32,000 nt of DNA, taken from NCBI GenBank assembly GCA_003858585.1, contig RQZE01000001.1:60001-92000 (forward strand), given 5' to 3'. This DNA is from Erysipelotrichaceae bacterium OH741_COT-311. Its GTDB lineage: Bacteria > Bacillota_I > Bacilli_A > Erysipelotrichales > Erysipelotrichaceae. Numbering within the stretch: the first letter of the stretch is position 1; every line of letters starts with the position of its first letter. The notes under the pieces were generated by a model. That model saw only the letters and a program-made list of their open reading frames with translations. It made no database searches and was not told the DNA's origin. A program made the position numbers and the translations under genes. Positions 24,625 to 32,000 of the stretch are shown piece by piece.

Positions 24625-27276
24625 TTATTTCTTTGTTTTTGTTTTCTTAGTATCATGTTTAATTGCAGCTTGAGCAGCAGCTAAACGTGCAATTGGAACA
24701 CGATATGGAGAACATGAAACATAAGATAGTCCTACTTTGTGACAGAACTCAATACTTGATGGATCTCCACCATGTTCCCCACAAATACCGAGTTTAATAT
24801 CCGATCTTGTTTGACGTCCTTTTTCAGCTGCCATCTTAATTAATTGACCTACACCTCTTTGGTCAATACGAGCAAACGGATCTTGTTCGTATACTTTCTT
24901 ATCATAGTATGAATTTAAGAATCCACCGGCATCATCACGTGAGAATCCAAATGTCATCTGTGTTAAGTCATTTGTACCAAATGAGAAGAATTCAGCTTCT
25001 TGTGCAATTTCATCCGCTAAAAGTGCAGCACGTGGAATTTCAATCATAGTACCTACATGATAATTCAATTTAGCACGGCGACGTTTAATAATTTCTTCCG
25101 CAGTATCAACCACTACTTTTTTAACATATTTTAATTCATTCACATCTCCAACTAAAGGAATCATAATCTCAGGTTCAATATTATATTTAGGATATTTACG
25201 ATTTACGTTAATCGCTGCTTCAATCACGGCACGAGTTTGCATTGCTGCAATTTCAGGATAAGAAATTGCCAAACGACATCCACGATGACCCATCATAGGG
25301 TTAAATTCATGAAGGCTAGAAATAATTTGTTTTAACTCATTCACATCTAAATTCATTTCACTTGCGATATTTGCAATATCATAACTAGATGTTGGTAAGA
25401 ATTCATGTAAAGGTGGATCCAAGTAACGAATTGTTACTGGTAAATCCTTCATTGTTTTATAAATATTTTCAAAATCACTACGTTGCATTGGAAGTAATTT
25501 CGCTAAGGCTTGTTTACGTTGAGCTTCTGTTTTTGAAACAATCATTTCACGCATTGCTTTAATACGAGATGTTTCAAAGAACATATGTTCTGTACGTACC
25601 AATCCGATACCTTCTGCACCAAATGACAATGCTGTTTGCGCATCTTCTGGCGTATCTGCATTTGTACGAACTTTTAGTACACGACGTTCATCTGCCCATT
25701 TCATAAAGCGTTGGAAATCCCCTGAAATAGATGCAGGTACGGTATTGATTAACATACCATATACATTCCCTGTTGAACCATCTAAAGAAATAAAATCTCC
25801 TTCTTTAAATGTTTGATTCCCTACAGTAAAGACTTTCTTTGCCTCATTAATTTTTACATCGCCGGCACCAGATACACAACATGTACCCATACCACGGGCA
25901 ACAACTGCAGCATGTGATGTCATACCACCACGTACTGTTAGAATTCCTTGTGCTACATGCATACCTTCAATATCTTCCGGAGAAGTTTCTTGACGAACTA
26001 AAATAACTTGGCGACCATGTTCAACCCAATGAATCGCATCTTCTGCTGTAAATACAACTTGTCCTGTCGCAGCTCCAGGAGATGCTGCAAGCCCACGACA
26101 TAATACACTTGCACCCTTTAATTCTTTCGCATCGAATTGTGGGTGTAATAAACTATCTAGTTGTTTTGGATCAACCATTAATAATGCTTGATCTTTATTA
26201 ATTAATTTTTCATCTACTAAATCACATGCAATCTTTAATGCGGCTGCTGCTGTACGTTTTCCATTACGAGTTTGAAGCATATATAACTTTTTATTTTCAA
26301 TGGTAAATTCCATATCTTGCATATCTTTATAATGCTTCTCAAGTTTCTTACAAATCTTCACAAACTCATCATAAGCTTCTGGCATAATTTCTTTTAATTT
26401 ATCAATTTCAGATGGTGTACGCACTCCAGCAACCACATCTTCACCTTGAGCATTAATTAAGAATTCACCAAATAACTTCTTTTCCCCTGTTGCAGGGTTT
26501 CTTGTAAAGGCAACACCTGTACCACAATCTTCACCCATGTTACCAAATACCATCATTTGTACATTTACAGCTGTACCCCAAGAAGCTGGAATATCATTCA
26601 TTTTGCGATAGAAAATCGCACGTGGATTATTCCATGATTTAAATACCGCTTCAATTGCTAATGCAAGTTGTTTCTTTGGATCGATTGGAAAATCACTCTT
26701 TAAGTTTTTACGATAGAATGCTTTAAACTTAACTACCATGTCCTTTAAGTCTTCCGCATCTAGCTCCGTATCTAACGTTACACCTTTACGCTCTTTGATT
26801 TCATCAATAATCGTTTCAAATTTATGTTTTGGTAAACCCATTACTACATCCGCAAACATTTGAATAAAACGACGATATGAATCGTATGCAAAGCGTTCAT
26901 TCTTTGTTTTATCTGCAATAATCTTAACAACATCATCATTAATACCTAAGTTTAAGATTGTATCCATCATACCCGGCATACTTGCACGTGCACCGCTGCG
27001 CACAGAGACTAATAATGGATTTTTTTTATCACTAAATTTCTTTCCTGAAATTTTTTCAAGTTTTTTAACATTTTCATCTACTTCTTTTAAGATTTTAGGA
27101 TCAATTTTTTCTCCATCTTCATAGTACTTAATGCAAGCTTCTGTCGAAATCGTAAAACCACTTGGAACCGGCATTCCTAGAATTGTCATTTCAGCTAAGT
27201 TTGCACCCTTACCACCTAGAACTTCTTTCATCGTTCCATTGCCTTCACTAAACTGATATACGTATTTTTTATTCAT
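24625..27276 (-). CDS. ppdK: Pyruvate, phosphate dikinase
   Basis: 883 aa. The phospho-His motif is 'GGMTSHAAVVARG' and the PEP/pyruvate domain carries 'GICGEHGGDP'. The SD is 'TAGGAGGA'. Confidence 0.97.
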   Translation of the reverse strand: MNKKYVYQFSEGNGTMKEVLGGKGANLAEMTILGMPVPSGFTISTEACIKYYEDGEKIDPKILKEVDENVKKLEKISGKKFSDKKNPLLVSVRSGARASMPGMMDTILNLGINDDVVKIIADKTKNERFAYDSYRRFIQMFADVVMGLPKHKFETIIDEIKERKGVTLDTELDAEDLKDMVVKFKAFYRKNLKSDFPIDPKKQLALAIEAVFKSWNNPRAIFYRKMNDIPASWGTAVNVQMMVFGNMGEDCGTGVAFTRNPATGEKKLFGEFLINAQGEDVVAGVRTPSEIDKLKEIMPEAYDEFVKICKKLEKHYKDMQDMEFTIENKKLYMLQTRNGKRTAAAALKIACDLVDEKLINKDQALLMVDPKQLDSLLHPQFDAKELKGASVLCRGLAASPGAATGQVVFTAEDAIHWVEHGRQVILVRQETSPEDIEGMHVAQGILTVRGGMTSHAAVVARGMGTCCVSGAGDVKINEAKKVFTVGNQTFKEGDFISLDGSTGNVYGMLINTVPASISGDFQRFMKWADERRVLKVRTNADTPEDAQTALSFGAEGIGLVRTEHMFFETSRIKAMREMIVSKTEAQRKQALAKLLPMQRSDFENIYKTMKDLPVTIRYLDPPLHEFLPTSSYDIANIASEMNLDVNELKQIISSLHEFNPMMGHRGCRLAISYPEIAAMQTRAVIEAAINVNRKYPKYNIEPEIMIPLVGDVNELKYVKKVVVDTAEEIIKRRRAKLNYHVGTMIEIPRAALLADEIAQEAEFFSFGTNDLTQMTFGFSRDDAGGFLNSYYDKKVYEQDPFARIDQRGVGQLIKMAAEKGRQTRSDIKLGICGEHGGDPSSIEFCHKVGLSYVSCSPYRVPIARLAAAQAAIKHDTKKTKTKK

Positions 27277-27309
27277 ATTATCCTCCTAGTAAATACTTAT
27301 ATATTTGTT

Positions 27310-27337
27310 ATTATAATCTAATTAAATATAATTGTAA
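27310..27337 (-). promoter_or_regulatory. Putative ppdK promoter (TTACAA-16-TATAAT)
   Basis: The minus strand reads TTACAA (27337..27332), a 16-nt spacer, then TATAAT (27315..27310). Confidence 0.45.
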
Positions 27338-27346
27338 ACGTTTGCA
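27332..27346. promoter_or_regulatory. cre-like (CcpA/LacI-type) palindromic operator overlapping the ppdK -35
   Basis: TTGTAAACGTTTGCA matches every defined position of the degenerate cre consensus WTGNAANCGNWNNCW. It is a near-perfect palindrome centred on the CG. Confidence 0.5.
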
Positions 27347-27411
27347 ATTGTTGTTTCAGGTTGTTTTAGATTATTTCTCTAATAATACAACATTTAGATA
27401 AAACAATGTCA

Positions 27412-27440
27412 TAAAAAACCTTACAAAGTGTAAGGTTTTA
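27412..27440 (-). terminator. Rho-independent terminator after polC
   Basis: The minus strand reads AAAACCTTACA-ctt-TGTAAGGTTTT followed by TTAT. The stem begins in the polC stop codon. Confidence 0.7.
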
Positions 27441-30400
27441 AAATAAAGATATTTGATTGGATTCTTGTAACATATCTAAACACTTTAGGCTATCTAACTT
27501 CTTTAATAATGTTTGGGATAATAAAGTACGATTCATCAAATCTTCTTTTGAAATAAACATCATTTTTTCTCTAGCTTCTACAATACTATTTGCCACGTTT
27601 ACACCAAGACCATCTAAAATTGTAAAAGGAGGAATAATCACAAAAGAATTTTCTGGATCTACTAGAAATTGATTTGCCAATGATTTCTCTAAATCAATAT
27701 TACTCAAACGATACCCTCTGGCAACCATTTCAAGACATACTTCTAACGTATCATAAATATCCAACTCTTTTTTTGTTGGAGGATCTAAGCGATTACTACG
27801 TTTCATCGCAATTTCCATCATACGATTTTTAATCTTATCTATATCTTTTGTCATTGTTTCAATTTCATAAGCATCACTGCGCAAAGAGAAATAAGACACA
27901 TAATAATAATGTGGATAGTGAACCTTAAACCATGCAATACGAATAGCCATAATTACATAGGCAACCGCATGCGCTTTTGGAAACATATATTTAATCTTTT
28001 GACATGATTCAATATACCAATCAGGAACCTTATTTGATTTCATCAATTCAATCCAAGCAGGTGTTAATCCTTTTCCTTTACGCACGCTTTCCATGATTGT
28101 AAAGGCATCTTTTGGCATTAAGCCATATTGAATGAGAACTGTCATAATATCATCACGACATCCAATCACATCATCCAACGTTAATTTTAAGGAACTTTCA
28201 ATTAAATCCTTAGCATTATTATTCCATACATCGGTACCATGTGATAAACCAGAAATCGCAACCAACTGTGAAAACGTGGTAGGTTTGGTAAGCTCTAGAA
28301 TTCCACGTACAAACTTTGTACCAAATTCAGGTAGACCTACTGCTCCTGTAATTTCGTTATATACACGTTCATCCGCTTTTAAAGTTTCAATCGTACTAAA
28401 AATAGCCATCGTTTCCGGATCATTCATCGGTATCGTTGTTGGGTCAATACCAGAGATATTTTGTAATAAACGCATTGCAGTTGGATCAACATGACCAAGA
28501 ATATCTAACTTTAATACATTATCATGAATATCATGAAAATCGAAGTGAGTGGTTTTCCATTGTGAATAAGGGTTATTTGCCGGATATTGAACCGGTGTAA
28601 AATCATGAACATCCATAAAGTCAGGTATAACAATGATACCTCCCGGATGCTGTCCCGTAGTACGCTTTACACCTTCACACCCCATAGCCAATCGTTCTTT
28701 CTGAGCATTTGACATTGTATAAATCCCCATTTCTTCACAATAGCCTTTAATGTATCCATAAGCCGTTTTATTCGCTACCGTACCAATCGTCCCGGCACGA
28801 TATACATATGCTTCGCCAAAGATTGTTTTTGTAAAATTATGTGCATGTTCTTGATACTCACCTGAAAAATTCAAATCAATATCCGGAACTTTGTTTCCTT
28901 CAAACCCTAAGAATGTTTCAAATGGTATAGATTGTCCCTCTCCTTTCATAAGATGATTACACTTGGGACAATGTCGATCCGGTAAATCATATCCTGACTT
29001 TACACTACCATCACTAAACCAAATTGAGTGTTTGCAATTTGGACATATATAATGAGGTTCAAGTGGGTTTACTTCTGTAATCTTCGCCATAGTTGCAGCA
29101 AAAGAAGAACCCACCGATCCTCTTGATCCCACTAAATAACCATCTTCATTACTCTTCTTCACCAACAAATGTGAAATGTAATATACAACTCCATAACCAC
29201 TACCAATAATGGCATTTAGTTCACGTTTCAAACGGTCTTCAACAATCTTTGGCAAAGGATTTCCATAGGTACTATAAGCTGTCTCATAGCATAAAGCTTT
29301 TAATTTATCATTGGAACCTTCAATGACTGGTGGATATAACTTATCATGAATTGGATAAACAGACTCAAATGTATCTAAAAATTCATTTGGTGTCTTTATA
29401 ACTAGTTCATCAATTAAGACTTCATTCTCTAGCCAATCGAATCGATCAAGCATTTCGTTGGTTGTAAAGTAATGTTGATCAGGTGAAACAACACTTTTTC
29501 TAACTGTATCATTATATACATACAATGGATGACGTACTCCTCCAATTCCTTGTGTATTTATATAAATATCACGTAATATCTTCTCTTCTTTACTTATGTA
29601 ATGAACATCTCCACTTGCAAAAATAATCTTATTTAATTTCTTTGCCGTATCAATAATACGTTTTAAAATCATCTTTAAACGATCAAGATCAATAATGGAA
29701 TTGCTCTGTATTAAGTGTTGATAATTACCTAATGGTTGTATTTCAAAATAATCATAAAAGCGCATGGCTTCTTCTAAAGCTTCTTGTCCTTTGTTACACG
29801 CCAGTTCAAAGACATCACTATTTAAACAACATGCACCTACATATAAATCGTTACGATATTCATCCAGCGTATCTTTCATGATGGTTGGAACAGCAACAAC
29901 AACTTCACCACTACTTTTCGCATTTACTTTTCCCGCTACATCTAAAGTATCTGTATGTGAAATTGTAACTAATTTAAAAATATCCTTTAACCCTTTCTGA
30001 TTTTTAGCCAAGACATTGACATGTGATTTTCTTTGCTTCAACGTTAATTCTTTACTTTGTAAATTCTGTAAGTCTTGCAATGTATATAATCCTTTGGATA
30101 ATGCTGAATTTAATAATTTTTTAAAAACATAAGATAAAACTTCAGCATCGTAGTCAGCTCTATGGGCAACATCGCGATTATATTCAACGGATAAGGATTT
30201 CGCTAAAGAGCCTAAATTAAAACGCTTTTGATTTTCCAATAATGCTTTTGCTAATGGTAAAGTATCAATAACCGTATTTGTAAGTATTGGTTTATTTAAA
30301 CGTTTTAGTGTTTCATTAATAAAATCTACATCAAACGTTGCATTATGAGCAACAAGAACTCGATTCTTAAATAATAACAGGATTTCATCCATAGCTTCTT

Positions 30401-31769
30401 GTAAAGGTAATCCCTTTTCTACCATATCATCCGTAATGTTTGTTATACTTGTAATCTTATACGGAATACGAATTGGTGATTGAACAAAAAATTGTTTTGT
30501 TTCAATGACAACTCCATCTTTATAAACCACTGCCCCAAATTCAATGATATGATCATAATAACTAGACAAACCTGTTGTTTCAATATCAAAGATACAGTAT
30601 TCTACTTCTTCAAGATTTTCCTGAGTTGGATGATCAACAATCATCACTTCATTTTTAACCATATTCATTTCAACACCATACACCATTTTAAAGGTACGAT
30701 CAGGATTATCTTTTAAAAGTTTTTTAACTGTACTTTGTGCTTTAGGGAAAGCCTGAACAACCATGTGATCGGTAATAGCCATCCCTTTATGACCCATCGA
30801 AAAGGCATGTTTAATCAAATCAGAAACGTCATTAATCCCATCCATTTCCGATTTATTACTGTGAACATGAAATTCAACTCTTTTTAAATCTGCTGTATCC
30901 ACAATCTTAGATTTTTCTTCCACCTCTTCAAAATGTCGAAACAAAAAAGAACGTTCATTGGAATATGCATCAAATAAATAACTTCCATAAAACATATACT
31001 TTTTATTAAGTTTTAAACGATCCACTTCTTCTAGTTTATCTAAAAAAATTTTTGCGATAAAAGCATCTGCTTCATCTTTCACATAACAAATCAAAATATA
31101 CTTATTATTCTTTGTTTCAATAATCTCCTGTTTAAAAATAATACCTTCTACTTTTATCTCTTTTATATCATTATCTTTTGGTAGATCTTGAATACTAAAT
31201 TGCTGATAGTGTTCCAATTTAGCCTTTCTGTATTTTATTTGTTGTATTACTGGTTCTTTTTTCTGAAAATCATCTAATTTTACTTCAAAAATTTTATCTA
31301 TTTTTTCTGAAACTTCTTTTTTAACTATTTTGACTTTTTCATGAATTCCACATGTCTTTAAATAAGCAACTAAATTATCTTTTTGTGAAATTACAGTTTC
31401 TAACTCAACTTCGTCAATACTTAATGTTATCACATCGTTCTCTACACAACAGATAACATCTTTCAAACCTTTTATATCATAATCTATAGAGAATCGATTA
31501 ATATATTGGATTAATTCTCCAAGTAAAAGTGTACGGTCATGATACGTCACAAAAACATTTACCTTCGCCATATTAAAACGTTCTTTTATGTCTGATTCTA
31601 TCAACTTATATAAGCGATATGGAAACATCGTTAAAGATTGAAAATAAATATCTAATACTTTACTTTTTTTATCAAAAACTACCCTCAACACTTCAACTTC
31701 TTCTAAAAAATCACTATACTCATTTATTATTCCTATTTTTAATATTTTATATAATTTTACGTCTTTCAT
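27438..31769 (-). CDS. polC: DNA polymerase III PolC-type (alpha subunit with intrinsic 3'-5' exonuclease)
   Basis: 1443 aa. It has the PHP domain 'VEFHVHSNKSEMDG', the DEDD exonuclease 'IFDIETTGL ... HNATFDVDF ... HRADYDA', the Zn finger 'CPNCKH...CPKCNH' and the polymerase core. Confidence 0.98.
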   Translation of the reverse strand: MKDVKLYKILKIGIINEYSDFLEEVEVLRVVFDKKSKVLDIYFQSLTMFPYRLYKLIESDIKERFNMAKVNVFVTYHDRTLLLGELIQYINRFSIDYDIKGLKDVICCVENDVITLSIDEVELETVISQKDNLVAYLKTCGIHEKVKIVKKEVSEKIDKIFEVKLDDFQKKEPVIQQIKYRKAKLEHYQQFSIQDLPKDNDIKEIKVEGIIFKQEIIETKNNKYILICYVKDEADAFIAKIFLDKLEEVDRLKLNKKYMFYGSYLFDAYSNERSFLFRHFEEVEEKSKIVDTADLKRVEFHVHSNKSEMDGINDVSDLIKHAFSMGHKGMAITDHMVVQAFPKAQSTVKKLLKDNPDRTFKMVYGVEMNMVKNEVMIVDHPTQENLEEVEYCIFDIETTGLSSYYDHIIEFGAVVYKDGVVIETKQFFVQSPIRIPYKITSITNITDDMVEKGLPLQEAMDEILLLFKNRVLVAHNATFDVDFINETLKRLNKPILTNTVIDTLPLAKALLENQKRFNLGSLAKSLSVEYNRDVAHRADYDAEVLSYVFKKLLNSALSKGLYTLQDLQNLQSKELTLKQRKSHVNVLAKNQKGLKDIFKLVTISHTDTLDVAGKVNAKSSGEVVVAVPTIMKDTLDEYRNDLYVGACCLNSDVFELACNKGQEALEEAMRFYDYFEIQPLGNYQHLIQSNSIIDLDRLKMILKRIIDTAKKLNKIIFASGDVHYISKEEKILRDIYINTQGIGGVRHPLYVYNDTVRKSVVSPDQHYFTTNEMLDRFDWLENEVLIDELVIKTPNEFLDTFESVYPIHDKLYPPVIEGSNDKLKALCYETAYSTYGNPLPKIVEDRLKRELNAIIGSGYGVVYYISHLLVKKSNEDGYLVGSRGSVGSSFAATMAKITEVNPLEPHYICPNCKHSIWFSDGSVKSGYDLPDRHCPKCNHLMKGEGQSIPFETFLGFEGNKVPDIDLNFSGEYQEHAHNFTKTIFGEAYVYRAGTIGTVANKTAYGYIKGYCEEMGIYTMSNAQKERLAMGCEGVKRTTGQHPGGIIVIPDFMDVHDFTPVQYPANNPYSQWKTTHFDFHDIHDNVLKLDILGHVDPTAMRLLQNISGIDPTTIPMNDPETMAIFSTIETLKADERVYNEITGAVGLPEFGTKFVRGILELTKPTTFSQLVAISGLSHGTDVWNNNAKDLIESSLKLTLDDVIGCRDDIMTVLIQYGLMPKDAFTIMESVRKGKGLTPAWIELMKSNKVPDWYIESCQKIKYMFPKAHAVAYVIMAIRIAWFKVHYPHYYYVSYFSLRSDAYEIETMTKDIDKIKNRMMEIAMKRSNRLDPPTKKELDIYDTLEVCLEMVARGYRLSNIDLEKSLANQFLVDPENSFVIIPPFTILDGLGVNVANSIVEAREKMMFISKEDLMNRTLLSQTLLKKLDSLKCLDMLQESNQISLF

Positions 31770-31876
31770 AAAATCACCAACCTATAACTATCTTACTACA
31801 TAAAAAATGAAATATAAGACTTGACTATTTATGTTTCATATACTTAATTCTATGTTAAAATTGTAGAGGTGATTTT

Positions 31877-32000
31877 ATGAAATGTATACATTGTAATTGT
31901 GACTTAAAGAGAAAAATTTCTCATCAATTCGAACACTTTCGTGTAGGACAAATTGAATGTCCAAAATGCAATAACAAGCAAAAACGTTATTTATCATTTA
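31877..32000 (+). CDS. Partial ORF with a zinc-ribbon-like N-terminus (CxxC...CPxC), truncated by the window end
   Basis: The SD GAGGTGA lies 5 nt before the ATG at 31877. The translation is MKCIHCNCDLKRKISHQFEHFRVGQIECPKCNNKQKRYLSF.... A TG-extended -10 'TGTTAAAAT' lies about 15 nt upstream. Confidence 0.45.
   Translation, partial: MKCIHCNCDLKRKISHQFEHFRVGQIECPKCNNKQKRYLSF

Noticed and set aside
28132-28494. A 120-aa plus-strand ORF lies antisense inside polC.
   Set aside because: It sits opposite the most conserved polymerase core of polC and has no SD or promoter. Long antisense ORFs are expected opposite codon-biased genes, so this is not evidence of an overlapping gene.
5149-30716. Five plus-strand ORFs in the track are each exactly 78 aa (5149..5385, 12816..13052, 21364..21600, 29764..30000, 30480..30716).
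   Set aside because: All five lie antisense to well-supported genes (yitT, mutS2, tkt, polC). They have no SD and show the low-complexity, Cys/Phe/Ile-rich composition typical of antisense frames in AT-rich DNA. They share no sequence similarity with each other, so the equal length looks coincidental.
1-32000. I searched the whole window for CRISPR arrays, IS or transposon ends, integrases, phage genes, tRNA or rRNA genes, and known defence or toxin-antitoxin pairs.
   Set aside because: I saw no direct-repeat/spacer periodicity, no transposase, integrase or recombinase-like ORF, and no GC-rich structured RNA other than the two T-box leaders. Every long ORF is assignable to housekeeping or surface functions.

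Overview
This is an AT-rich (roughly 30% GC by eye) chromosomal core segment of a low-GC Gram-positive (Bacillota) genome. The lineage markers are a PolC-type replicase, T-box-controlled aaRS genes, Spx, a ComK-family protein, RNase HIII and MutS2. UGA is used as a stop (mnmA ends in TGA), so this is not a Mollicute genetic code. An Erysipelotrichia- or Clostridia-like organism is plausible, but I cannot assign it without a database search.

I support 25 protein-coding genes, 20 on the minus strand and 5 on the plus strand. In window order they are:
- recD2-like helicase (5' end only), mnmA, spx
- APC amino-acid permease, then a Trp T-box leader and trpS
- SseB-like hypothetical, YitT-family membrane protein
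- a 710-aa surface adhesin (MucBP and SHIRT-like domains)
- rmuC, comK-like, ridA, an untracked 52-aa sORF, uvrC, mutS2, cvpA
- rnhC, a Tritrichomonas/clostridial-type IMP dehydrogenase, proS
- split transketolase (two subunits), then a Thr T-box leader and thrS
- a 288-aa two-TM hypothetical, ppdK, polC, and a partial zinc-ribbon ORF

I saw no rRNA or tRNA genes, CRISPR arrays, transposases, integrases, phage genes or recognisable defence or toxin-antitoxin modules.

I did not find a convincing new multi-gene system; the window reads as housekeeping core genome. The most interesting items are modest:
- a ComK homolog inside a tightly packed cvpA-mutS2-uvrC-sORF-ridA-comK-rmuC string
- an adhesin with a non-LPXTG C-terminal sorting-like signal
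- Cys-rich C-terminal tails on both RidA and Spx
- a strongly SD-led 52-aa sORF missing from the ORF track
- a ThrRS lacking the TGS domain
- a cre-like operator on the ppdK promoter
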